Notes under the pieces: generated by a model
What the model saw: the letters and a program-made list of their open reading frames with translations, nothing else
Databases searched by the model: none
Told to the model about the DNA's origin: nothing
In this document: one piece after another, positions 35,199 to 50,025 of the stretch
How the letters are laid out: each line of letters begins with the position of its first letter
Position numbering within the stretch: position 1 is the first letter of the stretch
Assembly: GCF_009914755.1 (NCBI RefSeq)
Contig: NC_060928.1
Length of the DNA: 64,000 nucleotides
From: the human T2T-CHM13v2.0 reference genome, Homo sapiens
Reading direction: 5' to 3' (one strand)
Program-made: the position numbers and the translations under genes

Positions 35199-35790
35199 TG
35201 TAAATAAATTAGCCTAATCCTGTGGCTGGTAAGTCATGGAGCTGTGGTTTAAGAGAAGATTTGTTTCACTGCAAAGCCCACTCTTTCCACTAGAAGGAGA
35301 ATGAGCCCAAAGGTGTAGCTTGATTCTGAGCTGAAGGTGTTCTACATGAGGATGTGCTAAGGATGGCCTGATCTGGCCAGAACCAATCTGAGAATGCACA
35401 TGAATGAGTTTAAGCCTTTAGGGGTCAAGCAGGTAGCTCTGGTTGAAATGGGAGCTGATGTTGTAGGAAATAAACAACTACTAATTTGTTGACTTGGTCT
35501 ACCCACAGTGAGCATATGATTTATAGTCCACTTTTGAGTGTAAAAGGGAGTACCATTCATAATTACACGACAAAACAGGCATAAACCAGGATCGCACTAA
35601 GAACATGTGTTCACTCCCCAATTAGGTACCATGCATGTCGCAAATATACGAAAGTCATTTTAAATTTACCGTCATTTTTTCCAATTCTTATGTAATTATT
35701 CTTTTGGAATCAAGACTAAAAAAATTAAAAACCCAAATTCTTCATTGCTCAATGAACAATGAATAACTTTACTAATTAAAAGTATAACAA

Positions 35791-36105
<315 letters not shown>

Positions 36106-36317
36106 TTATATTATTAACCCCACCCCCATGAAAAAGTCTTCAAAAAGTGACCAAGAAAATGTGCCACTGATAAATGATGTTCAAATGAAAAGAAAATACA
36201 TTATGATCTTTGCCCAGCAATACAACTTGTTAGCTGAGTGATCTTGGACAATTCACTCAACTTTTTCATACCTCAGTTTTCTCACTTGTAAAATTAATTT
36301 CCTATTGATGCATAACA

Positions 36318-36746
36318 AATGAGCATGGTGGCACATGCTTATAATCACAGCACTTTGGGAAGCTGAGGCAGGAGGATTGCTATAGCTAAGAGTTTGCGAC
36401 CAGCCAGGGCAACATAGGAAGATCTTGTCTCTACAAAATATAAAAATAAATAGGCTCACTCAGGAGGTGGGAGGATGACTTGAGCCTGGGAGGCAGAGGT
36501 TACAGTGAGCCAAGATCACACACTGCACTCCAGCCTGGGCGACAAAGCCAGACGCTGTCTCAGTAAATAAATAAATAAATAAGCCAGAAGTGGTGGCTTG
36601 TGCCTGTGCCCCCACTTACTTGGAAGGCTAAGGTGGAAGGATCGCTTGAGCCCAGGAGGGAGCTATGATCATGCTACTGCACTCCAGCCTGGCCAACAGA
36701 GTGAGACACTGTCTCAAAAACACAAAAAAAACAAAAACAAAAAAAC
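36318..36746 (+). mobile_element. AluJ with an extra right monomer (three-arm Alu)
   Basis: Left arm 36318-36451; right-arm piece with (TAAA)n to 36581; second right arm 36582-36746. Confidence 0.85.
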
Positions 36747-36807
36747 CTCCAAATTATCCCAGGATTTACGTGCAGTTTAACTAGGCAGATCTGGCTCAGG
36801 GTCTCTA

Positions 36808-37165
36808 ATCAGGAAGTGTTTGAGTGATGGTGTGAATCCCTCATGAATGGCTTGGTGCATGGCTCAGTAGCGAGTTAGCTCTTGCTGTCTCGAGAATGGA
36901 TTAGTTCCCAAGAAGGTGGTTATTAAAAAGAGTCTGGCTTCTTTGGTTTTGTTCTCTTGCCTCCTTTCTCGCATGTCACTTCTTTGTATACACCTACTTC
37001 TTCCACTTTCTGCCAGGAGTGGAAGCAGCCTGGGGCTCTCACAAGATGCAGCTGCCTAATCCTGGATTTCCAGTCACCAGAACTATAAGCCAAATAAACA
37101 ATTTTTCTTTATAAATTACCCCATCTTAGGTATTCTGTTATAGCAACACAAAATGGACTCAGATA
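36808..37165 (+). mobile_element. MST-family MaLR LTR
   Basis: gaatccctcatgaatggcttggtgc...aataaac...ataaattacccc...ggtattctgttatagcaacacaaaatggact. Confidence 0.8.
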
Positions 37166-38049
37166 GGGATGTAAGAATGAAAGAAAAAAGGTAAAGAGAT
37201 ATACTTTACACTATTTGAACACATTTCATTTAGTTGAAAATTTAACTGAAAACAATGCCCCAAAAAGAGATTCAATGAAGCCTAGGCATGTCTCCTTTTG
37301 AAGTGCTCCCTTTTGAATGAGCACACCTGCTTTGCGGCAGAAGCAAAAAGAGAGCATGGCCTTCTAATTCCCATTCCAGGGTTCATGTGCCTCGTGCCAG
37401 CAGGGCAAATGTGACCACTTACTTAATGCCTGGCTGCCTCAGTGTCCTTATCTACAAAATACCAACAATATGAACGCTTACCTTGTTAAGGCTGTTGTGA
37501 AGATTAAATTAGACAAGGAGTTTAAGTTAACATTCAAAAAAATTTTCTTCTGATTATATTATCCGTCATTGCAAACATGAAAAGAACAAATGGGGTCTTT
37601 TCTTAGCTAGGAAATGTGTGGCCTGGCTTATTTCTAAGCCTGATATCCGTTCCACTGTAGGGACAGATGAGCAAAGATCTTACCTGGGTCACTCACATGG
37701 AGTGGGGCTTTAAGAAGAGGGTTAAGGCCAAGACAAGAAAACAGGTCCAATGCGAGTCTTCAATCTAAAGGAATCTAAGAAAACCAGGAGGCATCTTCGA
37801 AGACAAAGAGAAGATAAGCCGATTCAAGGAGACAAAAAGGAGATTGATTTGTATTCATTCCTGAGATGAAGGCACCACTCTCTGAGATGGTTTTTTTACA
37901 TATTTCCCACATATCCTTTAGTGGAAAAGTTTTAAATTTTCAAATTTCATTATATTCGCATTCTTTTTGTTTGGACATAAATAATGGATGTAATGTACAA
38001 TATACTGATTTTAACTTTGAGTTGAAATTTTAAAAAGTGATTTGCAGTT

Positions 38050-38455
38050 CTAACTATACAACATCCTGGAAGAGACAAAACTATAGGAACAGTGAAAGAT
38101 TAGTGACTATCAGCGGTTGTGGGGAGGGAGGCATGAATAGGCAGAAGGATTTTAAGGGCAGTCAAACTGTTGCATATGATACTAAATGGTGAATACTTGT
38201 CATTATACATTTGCCATAATCCATATAACAAAGAACTCCAAGAGCGAGCCCCAATTTAAACTACTGAGTTGCATCGATAATTATGTACCCAATGCCGGTT
38301 CATCAGTTGTGACAAATGTACCAATCGGGTGCAGGATGTTAACAGCGGAGGAGGATGTGCATGTGTGGGGGCAGTGGGTGTGTGGGAATTCTGTACCTCC
38401 TGCTCAGTTTTGCAGTGTACCTAAAATTGCTTTAAATAGTAAAATCTATTTTTAA
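38050..38455 (+). mobile_element. L1MC 3'-end fragment
   Basis: ggaagagacaaaactatagg...tgtcattatacatttg...ctcagttttgcagtgtacctaaaattgct. Confidence 0.7.
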
Positions 38456-39233
38456 AAGTGACTTCTCTTTTCAAACTTTTATTATGAAATGTTTCAAAAT
38501 TACAAAAGAAGAAAGAACAAAATGAACCCATTAAGCCCATTTCAATAATTATCGACATGTGGTCAATCTTGTTTAATCTATACACCCACTCATTTCCCTC
38601 CAACCCCTCCACTGGGTTATTTGGAAGCAAATCTGTCTTATCAAACCATTTCATCAAATCAGGTTCATTTCAAGGAACTGAGAAAGACTAGAACTAAGTG
38701 TCAGCCAGGGACTCACTGTAACAGCTCTCCAAAGGCCTCTCCATTTTCCTTATTATGCAATAATAGCCAAAAATAAATGTTGTAATAATTTCAGTCCATA
38801 ATTAGTCACCTAAACTAATCATGTAAATTAGTTGAACATGAATTTTTTTATTATATTTTGCCTTTAGATTTCTTCCTCTTCTGAGTAAATATTTTTGGAT
38901 AATTTTTCCCTAAATCCATAATATCTCCATCTTTCCCAACCACCAAATTTAATTTTATCCATGCCCTCTAAGCAAAATGTCTTTGTAAAAAATGAGAAAT
39001 ACCATGACCTCTGTACTGAGAAAGTCAATAACTTACAAAAGCTCTAGAAGACACAAACTGAAACACCACAAAAGTAATATCTATGACCGTTTACCAAGCT
39101 TTAAGAAGTAAGTAAAACCCTTGCCTTCATATTTTCTTCAGAACCAGGACATCCTTTATGGGCAGGGTTCTCACTGACTACTCAAGGGAGCTATTATGAG
39201 ACACAGCTTGGCTAACAGTCCCGGAATGCTGAA

Positions 39234-39570
39234 TTTCTGGATCTATTGAGATAATCATGTGGTTTTTGTCATTGCTTCTGTTTATATGATGGATTACGTT
39301 TATTGATTTGCATATGTTGAACCAGCCTTATATCCCAGGGATGAAGTTGACTTGATCATGGTGGATAAGCTTTTGGATGTGCTGCTGGATTCGGTTTGCC
39401 AGTATTTTATTGAGGATTTTTGCATCGATGTTCATCAGGGATATTGGCCTGAAATTTTCTTTTTTTCTTGTGTCTCTGCCAGGTTTTGGTATCGGGATGA
39501 TGCTGGTCTCATAAAATGAGTTAAGGAGGAGTCCCTCTTTTTCTGTTGTTTTGGATCGTTTCAGAGGAAT
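39234..39570 (-). mobile_element. Internal L1PA ORF2 fragment without poly(A)
   Basis: Minus-strand peptide [56 protein letters not shown]. Confidence 0.9.
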
Positions 39571-40054
39571 TCTAAGAATTCTTAGCATGGAAAACAGGCT
39601 GAATGGGTGATACTCAGTCATGGTTTACTAAATTATGTTAACCTTTTAACTTGTAAGTATTTATGAAATGTTTCTGCATAGATGTCACATTAATAAGAAT
39701 AGTTTCATATAAGGCTCAGATTGATTTGTATTTTAATGTCTTTCTGGATTTTTATCCATATTTAACAAATATGCATAATCAAACATAAGCACTTTAGACT
39801 AGACCATAATTACTGAATATTTTACTAATATCTGTGATTTTTAAAATATTACTCCCCTATAATAAGATGAAAAACTAACGAGTGCAAATACATATTCGCA
39901 TGCTTTGAAAGTCAGTAGGTATATTTACCTTGTATTAATCAGTCTTGGGTTTTGCACATAGCATATCTTATTAAAGGAAATAGCACCTGAGAATATTGTA
40001 AGCTACCTAAGGGAAGGACCATGCCTGTTTTGTTCACCTAGAAGCTGTGAATTT

Positions 40055-40270
40055 TAAGAGAATGGGCTTTAACACTAAACTGCCTGTGTCCTGCTGACGT
40101 TTTCTAAGAAAGTGCCCTTGGGCAAGATATTCAACCTCTCCTTGCTTTGATTCCTCATCTGTAAAATAGATAATGATTACTGAAGTACCCATGCATAAGA
40201 GTGTTGTGAGGGTTGAATGACTGATATGCAAAGCTCTGGGAAAAGGATGGCACAAATTAAGACTAGCTGT
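40055..40270 (+). mobile_element. MIR, flanked by L2 3'-end pieces
   Basis: cccttgggcaagatattcaacctct...ttcctcatctgtaaaatagataat. Confidence 0.75.
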
Positions 40271-40583
40271 TCTTCACGGCTGTATCCACCAGGCTCAGAG
40301 TAAATATTTGTTGTCTAAATAAATAAATGACAAAGAATCAATTCCTTTTATTTCTCTTTTGGACTTGTTAATGGGTATAAACTATAAGGCAATTCCATGG
40401 TACTGATATAATAGGTACTCTTAACTGTCAAAAAGTATAAAAACATTGTATCTATCAGAGCAAAAGAAGCCACGTTAGGAAAGTCACACACCAGCATACA
40501 TATTCTATCCATCACAATTGCAATTGTGTTTTGTTTCTAATCAGATATCTTTAATAGCTTTTATACATAAGAAAAGGGGTCTG

Positions 40584-40896
<313 letters not shown>

Positions 40897-41148
40897 TTAG
40901 TAGAGTACTGCAGAAAGTGAAAAAGTGAGTAACAAGAGAAAAGTAGGTTATGTGAAGAATAACCAGATATTTGAAACTAAAAACGAGAGGCCTTGGGAGG
41001 GACTTTGAATAGCTATGTGCCTGATTTAAATAAATACAAAAATCACAGAATTGACCATCATTTTTAATTAGATAGATATAGCCAGTGAATACTCAAATTC
41101 ACTGTGAAACCAGATAGTCATGAGCCACCCAGACTCAAATTATAACAT

Positions 41149-41501
41149 TGTCTTAGTCTACTTGATCTGTTATAAGAAAATACCATAAACTAAGTAGCTT
41201 ATAATAGAAATTCATTGCCGTAGTTCTGGAGACTGGGAAGTTCAAGATCAAAGCAGATTCTACATCTGGGGAGGAACTGTGTTCTGGCTCTAGGTGGCAC
41301 CTTCTTGCTCTGTCCTCACATGCTGGAAAGGGCAAAGAGGATCCCTTGAGCCTCTTTTATATGTGCACAAATCTCATTATCAAGTGCTTCATCCCCAAAA
41401 CGTAATCACCTCCTAATGGTCCCATCTCCTAATACCATCACCTTTCGGGTGAGGATTTCAACATATGAGTTTGGGGGGACATAAACATTCGGACCATAGC
41501 A
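41149..41501 (-). mobile_element. MLT1A-type solo LTR
   Basis: tgtcttagtc...ggaccatagca; perfect TSD aacat at 41144-41148 and 41502-41506. Confidence 0.88.
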
Positions 41502-41758
41502 AACATAAATATAATTTTGTTGAGTGTTAGATATATCTGCGTGTCCCATTCTCTGGAAAATGTGGGCATCCTGTCTCCTGCTGCTCATAGTATCAGAATA
41601 TTCAGAAAGTACAGTTTATAAATATCTCCAGGAGAGTTAAAATGGACCAAAATTCCAGAGACAACATTTTGTACCATTTCTCATTTTGTGCCATTAATTG
41701 CTAGCTTGAATTAATTAAAATACCAAATAGAGAACAGCTGACGGAATTCACAGTCTGG

Positions 41759-42632
41759 TAGAGTTGCCAGATAAAATACAAGACGTCTAGTGAAATTTTG
41801 AAATGGCTCCATTGTCTGGGGTAAATAGCCAGGGTTCATTGTCTCGCGCCAGGAAAACTTAGGACGCGGACACACATGAGGAGCGGGTTTAGGAGTGGAA
41901 AGTTTAATAGACAAAGAAGAGGAGAAAGAAAGTTTCCTCATTGTTGAGAAAGCGGTCGCCCAAAACAGTTTCCAGGTTGGGGTGAGATTTGACTGATTTT
42001 ATACAGAGGCTTGAGGAGGCACTGATTGATTTACATAAGGCCCAGGGGATTGGTTTGACCAGGTGTGCCATTTACATAGCTTGCAGAAGACTGGCCCTCC
42101 CATCATGATCTTTTATTAAGCAAATGTGGCTTCTACCTGCCTGTCTGGCTGTCACCTGCCTGTCTGGCTGTCACCATGACATCTGCATATGTGGCTTTAT
42201 CTGGCCGGTGCCATGATACCCACACATGTGGTGACAAAGAAAAGGGAGCAGGGATCACCATATTGAATATACCTGGCTTCCAGGTACACCTGCCGACATT
42301 TACATATGCAAGCTTCTAGCTTGCATATCTATGCTTGCAACTTGACTTTTCAGGCTGCTTTCTGTTAGAAAAGAAATGGTTTGGGGCTGCTTTTTATTAA
42401 AGGGAAATTTCACTGAGAACCCTTTTACCCTCTGTAACTGCCTAAGATAATTTCTTAATAACTCCTGTATTAATTTCAGTTTCAAATAAACAGTGAATAT
42501 TTATTTTTAATATAAGTATGTTCCAAATACTACATGGGACATACTTATGCTAAACAAATTATCTGTGGTTTTACTGAAATTCAATTTCAACTGGGCATCC
42601 TGTATTTTTATCTGCTCCACCTGGCAAGCCTA
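41759..42632. mobile_element. MER53 palindromic hAT MITE split by an LTR
   Basis: TIRs tagagttgccag and ctggcaagccta; internal palindrome ataagtatgttcca...tgggacatacttat; 8-bp TSD cagtctgg / cattctgg. Confidence 0.85.
41799..42472 (-). mobile_element. MER50-like ERV1 solo LTR
   Basis: Minus strand starts taatacaggagttattaagaaattat; 4-bp TSD attt at 41795-41798 and 42473-42476; internal 19-bp tandem duplication at 42135-42172. Confidence 0.8.
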
Positions 42633-43059
42633 CATTCTGGTTATAATAAACACATAAACTTCCATTTTTACCACTGCTCGCCTAACCATTCATAGGTGGC
42701 ATTTCTCACCTAAGAAGCAATGAGAAATATTTAATATTTGTCTTGACTTTCATCAGAGAGAAAAGAAATGAGAAAGGACAGAAGAAAATTTTACCTACAT
42801 GATTAACATTTTTGCCATATTAGGGCAGTCAGCGATTTTCCACTTATAATTAAAATCTGCTCAACTGAGACTACTGGGCCCTTCAGAAACTCCAAGTTCT
42901 TTTCTATGGTTGAGAAGAAAAAGTTGGGGATGGCAGGGGGAAGATGGCAGGTAATCATGAAATGGATATGATTTTCTCAGAGACTAAGACTGCAAGGTGG
43001 ACACAGAGCAGAGAGAGAAGGTATAAGATATATCTAACAGAGGTTAAGATAGTGGCTTT

Positions 43060-43822
43060 CAGATCCAGCAATTCCACTACTAGGTGTATATAAAAAGGAA
43101 ATGAAATCAGTTTGTTGAAGAGACATCTGCACTATGTTTATTGCAGTACTATTCACGATAGCCAAAATATGGAATCAATGGATGAATGGATAAAGGAAAT
43201 GTGATATCTGTACATAATGGAATACTATTTAGCCTTAATACAGAAGGAAATTCTAGCATTTGCAACAACATGGATGAAACAGGGACGTTATGTTAAATGA
43301 ACTGAACCGCACACAGGAAGACAAATACTGCATGATCTCACTTATATGTGAATCTAAAAAAAAAACAAGGTCAGGTGCAGTAGCTGATGCCTATAATCCC
43401 AACACTTTGAGAGGTTGAGGTGGGCAGATCACTTGAGACCAGGAGTTTGAGACTAGCCTGGGCAACATAGCAAAACCCCATCTCTAGTAAAAACACACAC
43501 ACACAAAAAAAAATTAGCTGGACTTGGTGGTGCATGCCTGTAATCCCAGCTATTGGGGAGACTGAGGCACAAGAATGGCTTGAACCCAGGAGACAGAGGT
43601 TGCAGTGAGTCAAGATTGCACCACTGCACTTGAGCCTGGGCAACATAGAGAGACTCTGTCTGAAAATCAACAACAACAAAAACAATGAACTCATAAAAGC
43701 AGAGAGTAGAATGATGGTTACCAGCAGCTGGGGTCATGGAGAAGAGAGGTTGGGGAGATGCTGATCAAAAGATAGAAAATTTCAGTTAGATACGAGGAAT
43801 AAGTTAAAGAGATCTACTGTAG
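43060..43822 (+). mobile_element. L1MA 3' fragment interrupted by an Alu (43369-43685)
   Basis: gatccagcaattccactactaggt...ggaatactatttagcc...atttcagttagatacgaggaataagtt. Confidence 0.8.
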
Positions 43823-45324
43823 GAAACAAAAAGACTGGATGTTTTTTAACTGCTAAAATGGAAAGATGGCTTTTTCTCCCTCTTAAACATTTTTTTTTGT
43901 ATAAATTCTGGAATAAACTGACAGGGTTCTAATTCCAATTCCATTATTTCACAAATGTATGGTCTTGGGTGAGTCATGTAACACCTCCTTACACCTTGGT
44001 TTGGGAACAGTAGATCTGAAAATTGTGTCAGAATTCAGTAAGTATAAAAAGGCACTTAACAGAGCCTGGGACACAATAAAGATTATATAACTATCAGCCA
44101 TTTTATCTAAACTTTGGCTTCTCAAATGCATCCTATAGAGTACTTACAGGTGGTGATCCTACAGTCCAGCTAATCTTGATATGATTACTTGCTGTATGAC
44201 TCTAGACAAATTATCTAACCTCGATAAACTATGTCCATCAGTGAGGACAGGTGAAATAACAGTATTTTGATCATATGGTTTTTGAGAATTTTAACTGAAA
44301 TAATGCATGTCACTATTAAAGGCTTATAAATGTTAGCAGCTGTTGTTGAACATTTTTCTTCTTTGGCTTCCATAATGTTATAACATTCAGATTCTCTACT
44401 TACCTCTCCATCTTTTTTTTTTTTTTTTTTTTTTTTTGCTTATTACCATTCCTGGATTCCCACACTTCTCCCTGCCCCACTCAGTCAGCCCTTTGCACTC
44501 TCATTCTTTGAATAATAGTTTCCAGTTGCTGCTTCAGCCCCCACCTCTATGCTGGCAATTCCTAAGTCTTCTATCTGCAGTCTTCGTTTCTCCACTTGTA
44601 CCACAGTCTCACACAACTCCCACGACCTGAATGTGTTTACTTCAGTGTTGCATTATCCTCTCCAAACTTCCATGTCCAAAAAAATTCTCAGCTCCCACAG
44701 CTGCTAATTCCTTTGGGGGTTGGGAGGAATGAGCAACTCTTTTCAATTTCCCTGCTGTTGGCAAACACAGACATTCTCTAGTAGTCCCCGAGATCAAAGC
44801 CTTGGAGTCATCTTTGCCACATCTATTTCTATCATCCTTCATGTCCCATCAGTCACCAAAATACTAGACCACCTACCACACACCAGGGAAAGAGAAGTAA
44901 AAAGAAAATCCGTGAAAACAAAAACAAAACAAACATCTTTTCAAAGACACATCTGACAGGAAAACACAATTTGTATTATTTAAAATTATTCCCCTTTTCC
45001 CATACAAACACCCTATCTGCCCTTCTCAAGAGGATGGATGTTGGTTGGTAATTGAGGTATCTTTGCTTGCTGAGAATAGTCAACTTCAGGATAAAGGCTT
45101 TTGCATATTTGAAATAGTAAGAGTAGGAAGCACAATTGAGACAGCTGGGATGCGCTAAATTGTGCCATGGAAAAAGGAAGAGAAATGGGGTCAAGTGGGT
45201 GGAGGATGGGAGGTGGAGATGCTGCAAGGCAAGGCTGAGGAGAACATGGCAGCAACAGGTAGCTGAAGATAAACTGTGGGAGAAAACAAAAGTACTTCCC
45301 ACAAACTCTTGCAGTAAGAATGGG

Positions 45325-45540
45325 ACCTGGCTGAATCCTGGCTGTACCATTTAGCACCTGCAAGACAGCAAGCAAATCCTTCGACTTAATGCCTCAGTTT
45401 CCTTGTTTGTAAAATGGGGAAAATAATAGTGTCTACGTCAAAGAGTTCTTCTGATGATTATATGAGCTCAAGTAAAGAACTTGGCATGGTGCCTGGTCTA
45501 TAATAAGTGCATATATTAATACTAAATCATTTATTATTAA
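45325..45540 (+). mobile_element. MIR
   Basis: gcctcagtttccttgtttgtaaaatgggga core. Confidence 0.7.
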
Positions 45541-45695
45541 GAATTCTTTGAGGAGTAGATTTGTCTGTAGGAGATGTGACAAAGTGCTGAAGTACAGAGT
45601 TTTGTTCTGGTTGATAGGGGACTTTTTCAAAAAATAGAGGTTTCATTTGAATAAGAATGACGTCAAGTTACAAACGTTTTAAAAGAGAATGACTC

Positions 45696-45995
<300 letters not shown>

Positions 45996-46779
45996 GGATG
46001 ACTCAGCAAATTTCATTCCCAGGTATATATGCAAGAAAAATGAGTGCAAGTCCACCAGAAGACACATTTATGAATGCTTACAGTAGCTTTATGAATAATA
46101 TCCCCAAACCAGAAACAATGCCAATGTTCATTTACACCAGGATGAATAAGTAAACTTTGGTTTATTTATACAATTTATACCATACATCATTGAAAAATAT
46201 GAAATATATAAAAGGAACTATTGCTACACACATTACGTGGATGAAACTCATAGATGATTAAAATAAATCAGATGTAAATGAGCACATACTGTATGATTCT
46301 GTTTATATAAAGTCCAAGAAATAAAGAAATCTTTGGTGACAGAAGTTAGGATAGTAGCTACCTCTGCAGAAAGAGGGGAACCAGTATAGACTGGCAAGGG
46401 CACTGAGGGAGCATTCCCGGGCAATGGAAATATTTTAGACCTTGATCTGGGATGCTGGTTTCACGGGTGTATGCATATGTAAAAATTCAAGTTTTGCCCT
46501 TAAGATATGTGACCTTTACTATATGTATATAATGCCACAGTTGAAATTAAAAAGGGGGAGGTTCAGAATCCACACATCCCTTGGAAGTTTTTAACAAGTA
46601 TATGAGCACATTATTCTTTGTAGGGCCCATTGCAGCTGTGTAGATACTGAGGTGTCCCCTGCCTCTCCTTAGCCCATGTGAGGAGCACAGAGATTTCACA
46701 GCCAGACCCCACTTTCTAGATACAAAGACTTAATTTCATAGTCTATACTCTTAACAACCACATGCTAACAGGTAGACTC

Positions 46780-47890
46780 ACAGTTAAGACCGCACAGACT
46801 TATGTCCCACTGCCCCTATAGTCTTCTCCATCTCTCTAAGAGATGTCCCATCCTTCCAGTTGTTCAAAGCAAAAACCTTGGTGTCTTTCTGTCACATCCT
46901 GCCTCCAAGCCAAAAGAAAATTCTGTTGGCTCTACCTTCAAACCATAAAGAATTTGATGCTTTCTCATGACCTCCTTAATTAACAAGCTGGCACAAGCCA
47001 CCATCATCTCAGAAGCCTCCCAACTGGTTTTCTGATTCTATCTTAGCTCCTACAGTCCGTACTCCACATGGCACCAGGACAATCCTTTCACAACTTAGGT
47101 GATCATGTCATCCCTCTTCTTAAAATCTTCCAATAGGCCAGACGCAGTGGCTCACACCTGTAATCCCAGCACTTTGGGAGGCCAAGGTGGATCACTTGAG
47201 GCAGGAGTTTGAGACCAGGCTGGGCAACAGAGTGAGACCCTGTCTCTACAAAAAATAAAAGAAACCAAAACCTTCTGATGGCTTCCTATCTCTGGGTGCT
47301 TATCTCATTCAGAGTGTAAGTCCTTAATCAGTTCTACTAGGGCTTACATGATCCAGCGACACACACTCCAAGTCAGGCTGGCCCCTGATCATCTTCTTTT
47401 CACTCATTCAGCTCTGGCTACACTGACCTCCTTGTAGATTCCAGAAGATGTTTAGCAAACTCATGCCTCAGAGCCTTTGCACTTGTTCTCTCTACCTTGA
47501 TTGTTCTTTACCTGGATTATTCACGTGATTCACTACTTCACCTCCTTCAGTCTGGGGCTCAAATTGCACCTGACGATTAGTGGTTAGGTCTCCTCTAACC
47601 ATTCTAAATAAAATAGAATACCCCTGCCCTCCCAGATTTCACCCTGCCACCCCATCATAATCCCCTACCCTCCCATCTAGCAGTTTTATATTTCTCCATA
47701 GGACTTACCAGCTAACATTTTATATATTCATTTGTTTATTGGTCTGTCTTTCCTCTCTCCACCTTTCCAAGAATATAAGCTCCAAGGGGTAAGTGATTTT
47801 TGTCTGTCAGATTAACTGTCATAGATCAACACCTAGAATAGTATGTGGCACAGAACAGAAATTCAATGAATAGTTGTGAAATAAATAAAT
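46780..47890 (+). mobile_element. L2 3' portion with an inserted FLAM (47136-47262)
   Basis: L2 motifs (gatcatgtcatccct, gcctcagagcctttgcacttg, agaatataagctcc...attcaatgaatagttgtgaa). Confidence 0.78.
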
Positions 47891-48899
47891 ATCCCAGGTT
47901 CCACATTAGGATACCTGGTTATTCAAATATGATGCATTTAAACAGTATGCATGAAATAGTTCCTAAAATATGAAAGAGATGAAACTATTAAAAATTATGA
48001 ATAAAAACAATATTCAATAATAATTATGAGCCTTGCAAAAATAAATATTGAAATACCTATCTTTACATCTCTGAATAAGTGAAGCTACTGTGTTCAGAAA
48101 ACAGTTGGGAATTCACAGGTAATCCCACATTTCTAGCTACTTTTTATAAAACACTCAATGGAGCCGTCTGGTAGGAAATTATCTATTAGCTCATTGCCCA
48201 AATTCGAATTGCTACTTATAACTGATTAAAGTGCTTCATAGAATGCGGAAAACATCCTGATGCTTCTGATATGAGATAGGATATGATTGAGGCCCTTACA
48301 TTTTGGCTTATTATGAAGAAATTATCTTACTTTCTTATTCTGACCCCTTCTGTAACTGTCTTTATGCTAATGGTTTGCAAGCAAATATCTACAGCTCTTA
48401 AAACTAGCAAGGCCGGCTTCCTGCTGCCACCTGCCTGAGATGTGTCACAGGCTCCTTGAAGTATCCATGTGTGAGCATGGACATAGAGCTAGCCAGTGGG
48501 TGGAGCAGAGAGGGTAGGGTCTGGGTGGCAGATGTAACTTCTCTACTGATTCTTGTTTGAACTTGGGCAAGTGATTCTCTGCTTGTCCTCATCTAAATGA
48601 TCAGTAGATTAACCTTACACGTTTGTGGTAGGGATTAAGCATATCATATGTAAAATGACCAATAGTGCCTAATACTTACTAGGCATCTCATTTTTTCTCT
48701 TCCATCTTCCTTCAACCCTATTTCTCCTCCTGTAGTCCCAGTCTCCAGGAATGACAACACCAGCCACCTGGCCACCCAAGTCAAAAACGTGCCTACGTTT
48801 CTTAATTCCTCACCCTTCCTTTTCCACATGCAGCTGCTCAGCAATATATGTTGATTCAATTTCTTGTAGCCTCTTAAATATTCTGTTCTGTAATGAGAA

Positions 48900-49980
48900 G
48901 TAATTGTAGTCACATGTGGTCATAAGGGTAAGGCCATGGTCTGATAGGATTAGTGTCCTTATAAGAAAGGTCACTGGATAGCTCTCCTTTTCTCTCCACC
49001 ATGTGAGGACATAGCAAGAAGGCAACCGTCTGCAAGCCAGGAAGAGGGCCCTCAACAGAAACCAGTCAGGCTGGTACTGTGATCTTGACTTTCAGCCTTC
49101 AGAATTGGGAGAAAATAAGTTTCTGTTGTTTATGCCATCAGTCTGTGGTATTTTGTGATGGCAGCCCAAGCTAATTAATACAGATTTTGGTATACAGAAT
49201 GGGGTGTGTTGCAAACTATACTTGAAAATGTGGAAGAGGCTTTAAAACTGGGTACAAGGTAGATAGAGGTCAGAAGAGTTTTGAGGTGCATGCTAGAAAA
49301 AAACCTAGACAGTCATGAAGGGACTGTTGGCAGAAATACCAGGTGTTAAAGGCCATTCTGAGGAGATCTCAGATGGAAAGAGGAACATAAATTATTGGAA
49401 ACTGGAGGAAACGTGATTCTGGTCATAAAATGTCACAGAAATTGTCTGAGTTGTGTCCTAGTGTTTTGTGAAAGGCAGAACTTGGAAGCGATGAAACTAG
49501 ATATTTAGCTATGCAGATTTCTAAGCCAAGTGCTACAGGAGTGTCTTGGTTCCTCTTGCTTAGTAAAATGTAAGAAGTGAGAAATGAATTGAAGAAGAAA
49601 TTGTTATGCAAAAAGGAACCAGAGCTTAAAGATTTGGAAAATCTTCAGCCTGCCCATATTGCAAAATATGTGAAGGCATGTTTGGAAGAGGACACCAAGA
49701 GTGTGGCTAGACTATCACTTGATAACAAAGGTTATAGAATTATATCAGCAGAAATACTGTCAGTTTGAACTGAAGAAGATGGAGACAGGACAAAATGAAG
49801 AAAGGCTGTCAGATTTAAATTCTATAGGACAGTTACGATAGAGCGATTTGACTGCAAACAGGAACTATTCTTCAAGAAAAGGAAAGAATGACTTCAAAGG
49901 TGATTCATCAGGGCTGCATCCTTGGTTTCAAAGGGTGGGGCCACAACTGTCTACCACTCTTCCTCCACATCAGCAGGGGT
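48900..49980 (+). mobile_element. MLT1 LTR 3' part (to 49182) plus the start of the MLT1 internal region
   Basis: LTR end ...gcagcccaagctaattaataca directly followed by MaLR-internal start gattttggtat...; ttattggaaactggaggaaa motif. Confidence 0.8.
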
Positions 49981-50025
49981 ATGTGCTGTCAGACTCATGT
50001 CTGGAGAGAAAATTCTAAAACAAAG

